In this document: positions 28,177-37,120 of the stretch, in pieces | How positions within the stretch are numbered: the stretch's first letter is position 1 | Layout: every line of letters begins with the position of its first letter | Source of the DNA: a virus | Taxonomy: Duplodnaviria; Caudoviricetes | Virus record (IMG/VR): IMGVR_UViG_3300036778_000065 | Span: 1-43,559 of that record | Length of the DNA: 43,559 nt | Strand: one strand, 5' to 3' | Position numbers and translations under genes: made by a program | Notes under the pieces: generated by a model | Told to the model about the DNA's origin: nothing | The model's database searches: none | Seen by the model: only the letters and a program-made list of their open reading frames with translations

Positions 28177-28493
28177 ATGGCTCTTACGCCACACTCAACA
28201 CGCGAAGGCCGCTCGTCTTCGATGGCACCAAGGCAGTGTGTTTCATCATGACGCTGATGAACAACGTACCAGCCGGACGCACCAAGAACATCGCGCCGGG
28301 TGTGCTCTACACGTTCATCATTCACCAGAACGCAGCGAAGAGTTACACCTTCGCGTGGCCTATCACTTGTCTCAACGCGATTCCGGTTGACCAGACGCCG
28401 GACTCGACTACCGTTCAAAACTTCATCGGCCTGACCGGAGGCACACTGCAAGCCGATCCTCCCGGTACGTGGACACAAAAGGAGCAGCCATGA
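28173..28493 (+). CDS. Putative tail accessory protein, paralogous to the C-domain of 27493..28176
   Basis: PGVLYTFIIHQNA...W...NAIPVDQTPDSTTVQNFI aligns with PGNLYTLMVQQDA...W...NATPIDQDPNGLTAQTFI. Confidence 0.65.
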   Translation: MNGSYATLNTRRPLVFDGTKAVCFIMTLMNNVPAGRTKNIAPGVLYTFIIHQNAAKSYTFAWPITCLNAIPVDQTPDSTTVQNFIGLTGGTLQADPPGTWTQKEQP

Positions 28494-30799
28494 GCACAAC
28501 CCCGACGCTGGTAGGCCCGACACGAACACAGCAGATCAATAACACGCTGTACGTGGGCGGAGGATACCTGCATACCATTCAGCAAGCCGTGAACTTCGCG
28601 GTCGCGAACGGCGGAGTCTACAGAATCGTGATACCGAGCAGCTATACAGGGAGCGAGGCGATTGACTCCATCGTCAACGGCGAAGCGCAGGTGTACCTCG
28701 TGGACGAGCGCCTATCGCAGACGCAGACCTATAGCTGGAGCGGAACCGCCTACACCCCGGCAGGGCTGCATGAGATGGGAGATATCGAGTGCGATGGCGC
28801 TGTGTCCGCAACCGACGTGAATGTTAGCCACGAAATCAATTTCCCCGGAGGCTCTCTCATCAACGAAGGCAACTACAACCTTATCCTTGACCCGACACCA
28901 GACCCGAGTGGAACGATTCTGCTGAATTGGAACAACGGGGGGGGAAGAGGAACACAGTTCGGAGACGGGAACTCCAACCCGGTCGCGACGGTGGATGGAG
29001 AGGGGAACATAACGTGTATCGGTGACATCGACTGCGATGGCATGGTTACAGCGGCGGAAGCGACCATCTCTGATGTGCTCACCGCAGGGGCAGTTCGGGC
29101 CTTGACCGATCCCCTGGGAGAGCCGCCGCGCTCCGCTCAGATGTCCTACAACACACCCAACGAGACCGGAGTGCTGGAGTCTACGGGGCCGGATACGGCG
29201 ACGGAAGCCGGAATTATATTGGCTGGCTGGAACAGCGATCACACGCAGCACACCAATTACCTCGTTGGCACTCCGAGCGGGATAGACATGACCGCCGTAC
29301 CTGTCAGCGTAGATGCCCTCACAGCCGAGAACATCACCGCGAACGATGCAGCGTTTGAAACTTGCGAGGTTGCTGGCTCACCCGTTCGCACCTTCGCCAA
29401 CACAAGTGTAGGCATGGTCTATCCCTCACCGGGAGTGGCCGTCTCTGCTGGAGGCGGATGGGGGCAATCAATCGCGCAGAGCACACTCGCCTTCGTCAAC
29501 AAGGACAACGTGTTCCAAACCCAACAGAGCTTCGTCCCGAACAACAACATATCAGGCATCCAGGCTCAGGGTAGCGGGTTGACGGTTGGATATAACCTCC
29601 GAGGCAACGGCGAAACCGATTTCGTCAACGCTGGCGGAGGAGCGACGAGCGCGTTCAACTGGTACAACGTTGCGCCCAATACGAAACTCGACAACACGGT
29701 AGTCCCGCTGATGACGATGGACTATACCGGAACCTTGCGCCCCGCCGCCGCGCTGGTCGCGGGAGGCGCGGTCGTGGCGACTGGCTCCAGTTCGACCATT
29801 CCCATTCCAGCAACGGCCTCGCAAGTCTATCTAAGCTGTGACAGCAATAAAACCCAACCGCGTGTGGGCATGGTCTGTAGCACCGCGCCGGTTGACCAAA
29901 AAGTTTCGGATGTGTGGGTCGATGCATCGGGAACCATCCACCACCGTCTCTTCGATGACGCGAGAAGCGTAGCGAATGACTGGCTGACCGTTGTCCGTAA
30001 CGGTGCGATTGCTCAGTCCATAACCCTGACCGGAGAAACCAGCGTAGCGGGAGACCTGGCTGTATCCGAGACTCTCAACTGCACAGGCGTCGTCAATGCC
30101 GGACAGGGGCTTATAGTCACTGACCCCACCGCCGCGATTACCCGGATGACTCTAGGAGTAAACGGTAACAGTGGGACTCGATGGAATGGGCAGTTCCTAA
30201 TCGGAACGGCCAACCCAACGGACTTCAACTCCTACAACCAACAATTCATCATCACTCGATATGCCCAAGACATAGGAGAAAGCAACGTTTTTGTCCTTGA
30301 TGGAGGTGGAAATTTAAACATCACAGGAGCTATGAATGCGGCCCAGAAAAACTTCCGCATCATCGACCCGCTCGACCCCACCAAACTCCTGTGGCATTCG
30401 TCGCTTGAAGGCCCGGAGGTTGCCGTCTTCTATCGCGGGGAGGCAGTGACCGATGAGCAGGGAACCGCAACCATCACCCTGCCCGATTACTTCGAGGCCC
30501 TGACCCTGCCCCAAGGCCGCACCGTCCTGCTGACAACACTCTTCGAGGACGATGACGTGGAGACGGAGATCGGGAGGCTGGCAGCGGGAAGGGTCAAGGA
30601 TGGAGCATTCCGCGTCCGATCTGAGTACGCTTCGCAAGCGTTCTACTGGGAAGTGAAAGCCGTCCGTTCCGATGTCCCCCCGCTGGTAGTCGTCACCGAC
30701 ATCCCCGTAGTACCAGTACAGCGGCCCGTAGCCCCTTTACCGCAAAGGCCGACAGACACAGCACCGACCGGCAAGAAGAACGGCAAAGCGAAACGATGA
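28490..30799 (+). CDS. Tail fibre/spike with conserved C-terminal chaperone-like domain
   Basis: AAGGAG RBS; Gly/Thr/Asn-rich beta repeats; KNFRIIDPLDP..LWHSSLEGPE...YRGEA..ITLPDYFEAL...FYWEVKAVR. Confidence 0.75.
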   Translation: MSTTPTLVGPTRTQQINNTLYVGGGYLHTIQQAVNFAVANGGVYRIVIPSSYTGSEAIDSIVNGEAQVYLVDERLSQTQTYSWSGTAYTPAGLHEMGDIECDGAVSATDVNVSHEINFPGGSLINEGNYNLILDPTPDPSGTILLNWNNGGGRGTQFGDGNSNPVATVDGEGNITCIGDIDCDGMVTAAEATISDVLTAGAVRALTDPLGEPPRSAQMSYNTPNETGVLESTGPDTATEAGIILAGWNSDHTQHTNYLVGTPSGIDMTAVPVSVDALTAENITANDAAFETCEVAGSPVRTFANTSVGMVYPSPGVAVSAGGGWGQSIAQSTLAFVNKDNVFQTQQSFVPNNNISGIQAQGSGLTVGYNLRGNGETDFVNAGGGATSAFNWYNVAPNTKLDNTVVPLMTMDYTGTLRPAAALVAGGAVVATGSSSTIPIPATASQVYLSCDSNKTQPRVGMVCSTAPVDQKVSDVWVDASGTIHHRLFDDARSVANDWLTVVRNGAIAQSITLTGETSVAGDLAVSETLNCTGVVNAGQGLIVTDPTAAITRMTLGVNGNSGTRWNGQFLIGTANPTDFNSYNQQFIITRYAQDIGESNVFVLDGGGNLNITGAMNAAQKNFRIIDPLDPTKLLWHSSLEGPEVAVFYRGEAVTDEQGTATITLPDYFEALTLPQGRTVLLTTLFEDDDVETEIGRLAAGRVKDGAFRVRSEYASQAFYWEVKAVRSDVPPLVVVTDIPVVPVQRPVAPLPQRPTDTAPTGKKNGKAKR

Positions 30800-30861
30800 C
30801 GCGGTAAACTGGGTGTGTTCTTAATGCTCACTGGGAGCACACAAAGAATCGCTCGAATTGC

Positions 30862-30895
30862 AAGGCCGGAGGATGGTATCCCCCGGCCTTTTTTT
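30862..30895 (+). terminator. Rho-independent terminator of the structural operon
   Basis: GGCCGGAGGAT/ATCCCCCGGCC stem followed by a T7 run. Confidence 0.8.
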
Positions 30896-31244
30896 ATTTA
30901 GCCTTTGGCTTCTTCTTGAAGGTGGGAACGTGACCCCGCGCCATCCTCTCCCGCATGGTCGTCCTGCTGGCAATCGACCGCCGCCGCTTGCTCAGGGACT
31001 CGCGCTGTGCTGCGATGGCATTCGAGACCTTGGGAGGCAGCACCAGGCGCACGAGGCCGGACTCATCCGCGCACTCGATAAAGATGTAATCGCCCTTCTC
31101 TTCGTGGCGGAGAGTCTGAATGATGAACGTCTCAGCTTGCCCGGTTATCGGCTGGACTGCTTTAACGATGGATGGCTTGGTGGAGAGCGACACGTCGATC
31201 AGTCCCCCGTACATGCGGTCGTACTTCGTGATGGTGGTTTCCAT
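30894..31244 (-). CDS. Hypothetical protein with basic C-terminus
   Basis: GGAG RBS before ATG 31244; has its own promoter. Confidence 0.7.
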   Translation of the reverse strand: METTITKYDRMYGGLIDVSLSTKPSIVKAVQPITGQAETFIIQTLRHEEKGDYIFIECADESGLVRLVLPPKVSNAIAAQRESLSKRRRSIASRTTMRERMARGHVPTFKKKPKAK

Positions 31245-31278
31245 GTGAACTCCAGAGTGAATTGGACGCAATGCGTCC

Positions 31279-31340
31279 GCATACAGTGTATCACAGGGTA
31301 TTCCACTTGTCAACGGGCTGCTTTGTGATACATTGTGTGC
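31279..31340. promoter_or_regulatory. Overlapping divergent sigma70 promoters with inverted operator-like repeats
   Basis: Minus: TTGACA(31313-31308)-17-TACACT; plus: TTGTCA(31307)-16-TACATT; each -10 sits in TGTGATACAYTGTRTGC. Confidence 0.75.
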
Positions 31341-31526
31341 ATGAGTAAAACAATCACCCTTCCAGTAAGATTCCCGACCGAGCTTTTAGACATGGTTTCG
31401 GACAGGGCTGAAAGCCTCCGCCGAAGCAAAGCCTCCATCATCGTTGAAGCTGTTGAGAAGCACTTTCACCCCAATGGTCTGAAGCCCAAAACCACCGCCA
31501 CCAAGAAGAAAGCGGGTGCCCGTTGA
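31341..31526 (+). CDS. CopG/Arc-like ribbon-helix-helix regulator (probably leaderless)
   Basis: TITLPVRFPTELLDMVSDRAESLRRSKASIIVEAVE; ATG 6 bp after the -10 box. Confidence 0.75.
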   Translation: MSKTITLPVRFPTELLDMVSDRAESLRRSKASIIVEAVEKHFHPNGLKPKTTATKKKAGAR

Positions 31527-31741
31527 TTACATTCGGCCAACTGTTACTCGCCGTCTCGATTCCCACCATTGTCGCCATCATCGGAATCCTGATGAACAAT
31601 AGCGCGGTAAACGGGCTTCGCGTTGAAGTTCGCGCCGACATCACCGAGATGCGAAACCTGTTCAATCACTTTGTAGATCGCCACGTCTCTCACGAGGGAC
31701 GGATAGCCACCCTCGAAGCAAAACCGAAAGAAAGCAAATGA
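31523..31741 (+). CDS. Small membrane-anchored coiled-coil protein
   Basis: N-terminal TM helix, then heptads ending RIATLE. Confidence 0.65.
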   Translation: MITFGQLLLAVSIPTIVAIIGILMNNSAVNGLRVEVRADITEMRNLFNHFVDRHVSHEGRIATLEAKPKESK

Positions 31742-32040
31742 TGATGGCCAAGTACAAAGTAAAAATCACCGTCAAAGCCGAATGCACGTATGAGACAGAG
31801 GTTGAGGCATCTTCAGAGAGCGCAGCCGAGGACGCAGCCAGCGGCCAGTGGCGAGACAAACTCCCCTTCGACTTCCAAGTGGGGAAGGGCTACATCACCG
31901 ATTGGGACGCCGAGGAGACGACGCAACTGACCTTCGAATGCGAAGAGTGCGAGACCGCCATCACTGAACAAGAGTACCGTCAACATGACTTCATGTGCGC
32001 GAACTGTTCCGCAACCCTAGAGAAAGTAGGAACGAATTGA
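31738..32040 (+). CDS. Hypothetical protein with C-terminal zinc ribbon
   Basis: CEEC...CANC. Confidence 0.65.
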   Translation: MMMAKYKVKITVKAECTYETEVEASSESAAEDAASGQWRDKLPFDFQVGKGYITDWDAEETTQLTFECEECETAITEQEYRQHDFMCANCSATLEKVGTN

Positions 32041-33407
32041 GAATTGTTAAATTCTATGCCGAGAACGTCAAACGGCTGAAGCTGGTAGACATCACTCCCG
32101 GCAAGTACGTCACCCGGATCACCGGAGGCAATGGAGCAGGGAAGTCGTCTGTCCTCGATGCCATCGAGTGGGCACTCACCGGAGCGCGTAACGTTCCCTC
32201 AACCCCCGTCCGCAAAGGATTAGGCAAAGCCGTCATCCGCCTCGACCTGGGTGAGATAGTCGTCACCCGCAAACTTATCGAAGGCAGCACCAAACGCGCC
32301 GGATACCTTGCCGTCGAAGACAAGAACGGAAAGGCATGGAAAGACCCCGGCGAGATGCTTGCCGCCCTGATGGGTGCAATCAGCTTCGACCCCCTTGGCT
32401 TTACCCGCATGAGCGCACGGCAGCAATTCGACCAGCTAACCCATATTGCCGCGCCGGACGTTGACCTTGATGCACTGGAGGAACAGGCCACCGCCGACTA
32501 CGACCGCCGCACCGTCGTGAAGAAGGAGCGCGATGCCGTAGCCACCCGCCGCGATGCTATCGCCGTCCCCGCCGACCTGCCGCCGACCAAGTACGACGAG
32601 GCCGCGCTGGTGAAGGAGCTGACCGAGGTTAGCGAGTACAACGCCGGGATCGACCGCGCCAAGCGGGAGCGCGAGAAGGTAGCCGACGAGATGATGGAGA
32701 TTGCGAAAGACATCTTCAAGGTTCGCAACCAAGCCATCACGCTTCGCCAACAGGCCGATGAACTCGACCGGCAAGCCAACGAAGCCCAGGCCAGGGCAGA
32801 TGCGACCAACGAGAAGATAGGCCAGTGGGAACCGTTGCCAGAGCCGAAGGATGCGAACGAGGTAGCCGAGCGCATCAACGTGGCGCGGCACATCAACGCA
32901 GCCCTGGACCGCGCAGCCACCCGCGCTATCCTCGACAAAGAGGTTGAGGCCAAACAAGCCGAGTGGGAGAAGCTGGACGAAGCCGTGAAGAGTGGCGAAC
33001 GCAAGAAGAAAGACGCCCTTGCCAGCGCGAAGTACCCCATCGAAGGGCTAGGCTTTGACACCACGACGAAAGAGGTTGTCTACAATGGCATTCCGTTCGA
33101 TCAGGCATCGCAGGGAGAGCAGATCAAGATAAGCATGGCTATCGGGATGGCCACCAACCCGAAGCTTCGCGTCATGCGGATCAAGGATGGTTCACTGCTG
33201 GACGACAAGAGTCTTGAAGTCATAGCAGAGATGGCAAAGGAGAACGACTTTCAAATTTGGCTGGAGGAAGTTAGCAACACCGGGAAGGTTGGAGTCTACC
33301 TTGAAGACGGCGAAGTTGCAGCAGTGAACGAAGAACCATTGAACGGAGAGCCTAAGAAAAATGCCGCCAAAAAAAGGACAAAGGTGGAAGCGAAGCCTAT
33401 TCGCTAA
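32037..33407 (+). CDS. SMC/Rad50-like coiled-coil ABC ATPase (AAA_23-type)
   Basis: Walker A GGNGAGKSS, long coiled coil, signature-like ASQGE, IKDGSLLD; TTGA coupling. Confidence 0.8.
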   Translation: MRIVKFYAENVKRLKLVDITPGKYVTRITGGNGAGKSSVLDAIEWALTGARNVPSTPVRKGLGKAVIRLDLGEIVVTRKLIEGSTKRAGYLAVEDKNGKAWKDPGEMLAALMGAISFDPLGFTRMSARQQFDQLTHIAAPDVDLDALEEQATADYDRRTVVKKERDAVATRRDAIAVPADLPPTKYDEAALVKELTEVSEYNAGIDRAKREREKVADEMMEIAKDIFKVRNQAITLRQQADELDRQANEAQARADATNEKIGQWEPLPEPKDANEVAERINVARHINAALDRAATRAILDKEVEAKQAEWEKLDEAVKSGERKKKDALASAKYPIEGLGFDTTTKEVVYNGIPFDQASQGEQIKISMAIGMATNPKLRVMRIKDGSLLDDKSLEVIAEMAKENDFQIWLEEVSNTGKVGVYLEDGEVAAVNEEPLNGEPKKNAAKKRTKVEAKPIR

Positions 33408-33881
33408 AACACCGGAGATACTAACGTGTGTCCTATGCCCAACGAAGTTTGAACGTCGAACCAGCCGGATGAAATATTGCGATGGGTGCAGACCAAACGC
33501 GAACTACCTAACGCAGCAGAATTGGAGACAAACCAATGCAGAGCATGAGAAGGCGAGACGACAACGATATCATCGCAGCTACTACGTAAAGAAAACGCCC
33601 TGAATTTGCTACTAGGATCGAGGAATACAACAAAACCGAACGAGGAAAGGCAGCACGACGACGGGCAGGAGTAAACCAACAAAGGCGCAGTCCCGAAAAG
33701 ATTGCCGCTCGACAAATGGTGAGATGTGCCATAGTGTGCGGGGTTTTAAAAAAACAACCGTGTGAAGTTTGCGGAGAGACTAAAGTGGAAGCCCATCATG
33801 AGGACTATTCCAAGCCGTTAGACGTGAACTGGTTGTGCAACCCTCACCACAAACAAGTTGATATAGAAAGAAGACGGCGAA
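33303..33881 (+). mobile_element. HNH cassette bounded by 12-bp direct repeats GAAGACGGCGAA
   Basis: Repeats at 33303-33314 and 33870-33881; AT-richer interior; alternative ATPase C-terminus follows the second repeat. Confidence 0.7.
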
Positions 33882-33895
33882 TTAAAGGTGGTTAA
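33361..33895 (+). CDS. HNH endonuclease interrupted by a +1 frameshift at CCC-TGA (programmed or pseudogene)
   Basis: Frame 0: CVLC...YCDGC up to 33600; +1 frame: KQPCEVCGETKVEAHHEDYSKPLDVNWLCNPHH, stop at 33893-33895. Confidence 0.75.
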
Positions 33896-33950
33896 CGAGG
33901 AGGCCGAACCCAAGGCCAAATCAGCCGCCAAGAAACGCGCCAGCAAATAA
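33870..33950 (+). pseudogene. Displaced original 3' end of the SMC-like gene
   Basis: Reads EDGELKVVNEEAEPKAKSAAKKRASK*, versus the current end EDGEVAAVNEEPLNGEPKKNAAKKRTK... Confidence 0.75.
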
Positions 33951-34044
33951 CGAGATTCCCAGACGGACTAAACCCTGACGGGAAGCCGAGACGGATCAAA
34001 GGTTGTGGCCTAGCCACCATCCGGCGAACCGATAAGGCAGAGAA

Positions 34045-34073
34045 GGGGAGTGACGTGCTAGCCGTCACTCCCC
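34045..34073. promoter_or_regulatory. 11-bp perfect stem-loop
   Basis: GGGGAGTGACG-TGCTAGC-CGTCACTCCCC; no U tract. Confidence 0.55.
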
Positions 34074-34096
34074 GCCCCTAAGCACTGAGAGCAGAG

Positions 34097-34702
34097 ATGG
34101 ACAGTGACGAGCTTCGGAAGATGATGGACAGCCTGGAGGCCAGCGGAGACCCCGCGTGGGAGAAGCTGTTCACGCTGAACAACGACTTTCAGCAGATAGC
34201 CGCAGAAGCCAACAGCCAACCGAAGTTCTACCACCGCGACTCCACCCCGATCCTTGATGACGAACTACTGCCAGCGGTTGAGAAGTGGGCACTGCTGTTT
34301 GAACGGAGAGAGAACCGGATCATCGGCCAGCACCGCACCCTCTATGGTGAAAAACTCTCGACAGTCTTTCTAGGTCTGGATCACAACTTTGGATTCGGCC
34401 CTCCGATCCTCTTCGAGACGATGCTGTTTGCGCCGGGTGAGCGCAGGAGGTTGCGCCGGTTGTGGGAGCCTTCGACCATGACCGAGGCCGAGCGCGAGGC
34501 AGAGAAGGCCGAGGAGCGCGAGAAGGCCCGACGCTACCCCCACGATCAACTCCAGCTTCGCTACACCAACGAAGACGATGCGCGAGAGAGACACCTGACA
34601 CTCCGCGTACAAACCCTCATCCCGCCGCGCTGGAGACACTTTCTGCTGTGGACGATTGGCCGGGATGAAACGTGGCGTTTCTACAATGAGGACGAGGACT
34701 GA
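34097..34702 (+). CDS. Phage hypothetical protein
   Basis: LSTVFLGLDHNFGFGPPILFETM motif familiar from phage hypotheticals. Confidence 0.7.
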   Translation: MDSDELRKMMDSLEASGDPAWEKLFTLNNDFQQIAAEANSQPKFYHRDSTPILDDELLPAVEKWALLFERRENRIIGQHRTLYGEKLSTVFLGLDHNFGFGPPILFETMLFAPGERRRLRRLWEPSTMTEAEREAEKAEEREKARRYPHDQLQLRYTNEDDARERHLTLRVQTLIPPRWRHFLLWTIGRDETWRFYNEDED

Positions 34703-35274
34703 TGGTACTGGACGACGAAAAGATTAACGACCTGCTGGACACGATGATGCTGAAGGCGAAGGACAACCGCGCAGCCATCCCCTACAGCAAAGAGGAGGCA
34801 TTCGCGCAATGCCTTGTGATGGTAGGCCCGAACTTTGAGGCGTCTTCGATTCCCGCGCTGTGGAGCAACGAACGAGAGAAGTATGCCGTCATGCGGAACG
34901 TGAGTGCGCTTGCCAAGATGACCTTCACCCGACTGGTCATCCTCATCACAGATACGCGCTGGACGACCGCGCCGGAGGTTGCGCCGTTTCTGGGACTCCC
35001 CCCGCTCGAAGAGATTGGAGTGGAGGCATGGGGCAAGCTGTACAGCCGCGCCCTCACCGAACGATACGACGGCCAGATAAAGAACCTTCCCCGGCAGTAT
35101 TGGAAAGAGGCACTCTGCATTGTGATGAAAGGGCCGGAGCTACACGGCAAAATCCCGATGCGGATGGCGCAGTACGAGCGAGGCCCGAATGATTCCATCC
35201 ACTGGCTACCGACGAAATCCGGCGACGAGTATGGAGCGTTTCACTTCAACCTTCTACCGGATTGGTGGGACTGA
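34702..35274 (+). CDS. Hypothetical protein
   Basis: 190 aa, TGATG coupling. Confidence 0.7.
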   Translation: MVLDDEKINDLLDTMMLKAKDNRAAIPYSKEEAFAQCLVMVGPNFEASSIPALWSNEREKYAVMRNVSALAKMTFTRLVILITDTRWTTAPEVAPFLGLPPLEEIGVEAWGKLYSRALTERYDGQIKNLPRQYWKEALCIVMKGPELHGKIPMRMAQYERGPNDSIHWLPTKSGDEYGAFHFNLLPDWWD

Positions 35275-35369
35275 TGTACAGAGACGAGGATGCTTTCGTG
35301 AAAGGCCAGAAGATCAAGCTGGCAATCATCGCAATCATCGCCCTGGTACTGTGCTGGAGGTTTTTCTAA
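35274..35369 (+). CDS. 31-aa membrane peptide (not in ORF track)
   Basis: TGATG coupling; MYRDEDAFVKGQKIKLAIIAIIALVLCWRFF fills the gap between neighbours. Confidence 0.55.
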   Translation: MYRDEDAFVKGQKIKLAIIAIIALVLCWRFF

Positions 35370-35371
35370 AG

Positions 35372-35581
35372 ATGCCGTTCCCAGAGACCAAAGCGAAGAT
35401 GATCGAGGCCGGTTACAGCTTCCACACGCGCAAGACCTGTCCGTGTGGTGCGCCGATGGAGCTGTGGAACACACCCAAGGGTGAGCACCTGCCGATGGAG
35501 CCGATGCCCGACGACGACTCTAAGGCCGAGAGCCATTTCGCGACCTGTCCAAAGGCAGTGCAGTTTCGGAGGAAGAAGTGA
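35372..35581 (+). CDS. Small zinc-binding protein
   Basis: GGAGG RBS; CPCGAP...SHFATCP motif. Confidence 0.7.
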   Translation: MPFPETKAKMIEAGYSFHTRKTCPCGAPMELWNTPKGEHLPMEPMPDDDSKAESHFATCPKAVQFRRKK

Positions 35582-35586
35582 GATGC

Positions 35587-35961
35587 ATGAACGAAATCGT
35601 GAATCTCTTCGTTGACGGCAAGATAACGTCAAAGGCCGAAGCCGCCGCGCTGGTGGACGCGGAAGCGAAGGAAGCCGCGGAATTTTATGGACTCCCGTTC
35701 GAGACGACGAAGGCCAATATCTTAAGCAACATTGGGTACGTGACGGGATACCTGTCCCACGCCCAGGCCGACCGCATGATGGAGATGTTCGACACCGAAC
35801 ACCCCGTATGGGGACGGCGACACCCAAGCTACGAAGAGGCTTTTGAGCTTGGATTGCAGTACGGAAGACAGGAACGAAAGGAGAACAATTGGCCACCAAA
35901 AAGCACGAAGAATTTAAATGCCCAGAGTGCGGAGAAACCTTCAACTACGCCAAAGTCTTAG
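35587..35961 (+). CDS. Hypothetical protein
   Basis: Operon packing; NIGYVTGY...HPVWG. Confidence 0.65.
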   Translation: MNEIVNLFVDGKITSKAEAAALVDAEAKEAAEFYGLPFETTKANILSNIGYVTGYLSHAQADRMMEMFDTEHPVWGRRHPSYEEAFELGLQYGRQERKENNWPPKSTKNLNAQSAEKPSTTPKS

Positions 35962-36377
35962 GCCGACACCGCCAGCTAAGACACAACGTAGCGGGGACAG
36001 CCAAAAGCACACAAGCGAAACATAAAAAGCTGGCAGAGGCAGCAGCCGCCCCACCGCCAGAAGTGAAGTGTCCCGATTGCGAGTTTGTAGCGAAGAACGC
36101 GAACGGACTATCCATCCACCGCAGCGCAGCCCACGGAAAAGTAGGACGAGTCAAAAGGAGCCAACTTGCAAAACTCCCCGAAGCCATCGCACTCACAGCC
36201 ACTAACGGCCACCACCAAGAAACCGTTGCTCCACCTAGTATCCCCGAAGCCACCCTCGCCGTTGCCTTCGGCAGATTCCAAGAACTATCCCGCAGCATGG
36301 CGTATGAATTTGACCTTCCTCCGCGCCTGTTTACCGCCCAACTCGCAACACTTATTTACCGCTCGACGCTACGGTAG
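35889..36377 (+). CDS. Protein with two C2H2 zinc fingers
   Basis: AAGGAG RBS; FKCPECGETF....LGRHRQLRH and KCPDCEFV....LSIHRSAAH. Confidence 0.75.
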   Translation: MATKKHEEFKCPECGETFNYAKVLGRHRQLRHNVAGTAKSTQAKHKKLAEAAAAPPPEVKCPDCEFVAKNANGLSIHRSAAHGKVGRVKRSQLAKLPEAIALTATNGHHQETVAPPSIPEATLAVAFGRFQELSRSMAYEFDLPPRLFTAQLATLIYRSTLR

Positions 36378-36497
36378 TAGAGCCGGATTGCGTTGCGCCT
36401 GTCCGCACTGCGAAGAGAGACCGCCGCACCACATCCGCGCATGGAACCGCTGGAGATGGATGACCGCGCACATCGCCAGCGTCCACAAGGGAGGCCG

Positions 36498-36791
36498 ATG
36501 ATGATCGAAGACATCACTTTGACCGACGCGGAGCGGAGCCGCGTCATCGAGCTGCTGGAGGAAGGCAGAGTGAAGGCCCAGACATTCCGGCAGATGTTCA
36601 CGAACGACACCAAGGGGATGATGCTCTTCCACATCGCGCTCTGCTTCATCCTCAAGACATGGCCGAGTGTGGCAGCGAGAGTAGATCGAACACAGGCGTT
36701 AACAACCGAATGGGTGATAGCGGGGGAGCCGGAAGACCCCGCCGCCGTCCCAGACAAAGTGATGGAGCGACACCGGAGAGTGCAGGGATGA
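36498..36791 (+). CDS. Hypothetical protein
   Basis: GGGAGG RBS before ATG 36498. Confidence 0.65.
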   Translation: MMIEDITLTDAERSRVIELLEEGRVKAQTFRQMFTNDTKGMMLFHIALCFILKTWPSVAARVDRTQALTTEWVIAGEPEDPAAVPDKVMERHRRVQG

Positions 36792-37120
36792 GCGACGACA
36801 GAGGAGCCGGAGACACACACATCTTTGTGGATGGCATTGTGGCCGCCCGAAACAATGAGCCGTATGTTCGACTGACAGTGAATGGAGAGAAGGCGCAGCT
36901 AACCATCGCGGAGGCTCACAAAATCGCAAACGACCTGCTTAAGGTTGCAGCACGAACCGAGGCCGACGCGATGATTCTTCAATTCTTCAGTGAGAAAGAT
37001 TTTCCGGCAGGAGCCGGAGCCGCCGTGATGATGGAGTTTCGGTACTTCCGAGAGCGACAGGACACACAGCCCGTCGAAGAGACCGTCACCGACCCCGACA
37101 GCGGAGAACGGATTCGATAG
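36788..37120 (+). CDS. Hypothetical protein
   Basis: ATGA coupling. Confidence 0.65.
   Translation: MSDDRGAGDTHIFVDGIVAARNNEPYVRLTVNGEKAQLTIAEAHKIANDLLKVAARTEADAMILQFFSEKDFPAGAGAAVMMEFRYFRERQDTQPVEETVTDPDSGERIR

Noticed and set aside
28490-30799. Diversity-generating retroelement or invertible tail-fibre cassette
   Set aside because: No reverse transcriptase, invertase or template/variable repeat pair seen; the internal GDI(E/D)CDG similarity is a short protein-level repeat
33303-33881. Group I intron carrying the HNH gene
   Set aside because: No recognisable P/Q/R/S core, almost all of the insert is coding, and the host gene already has a complete substitute end
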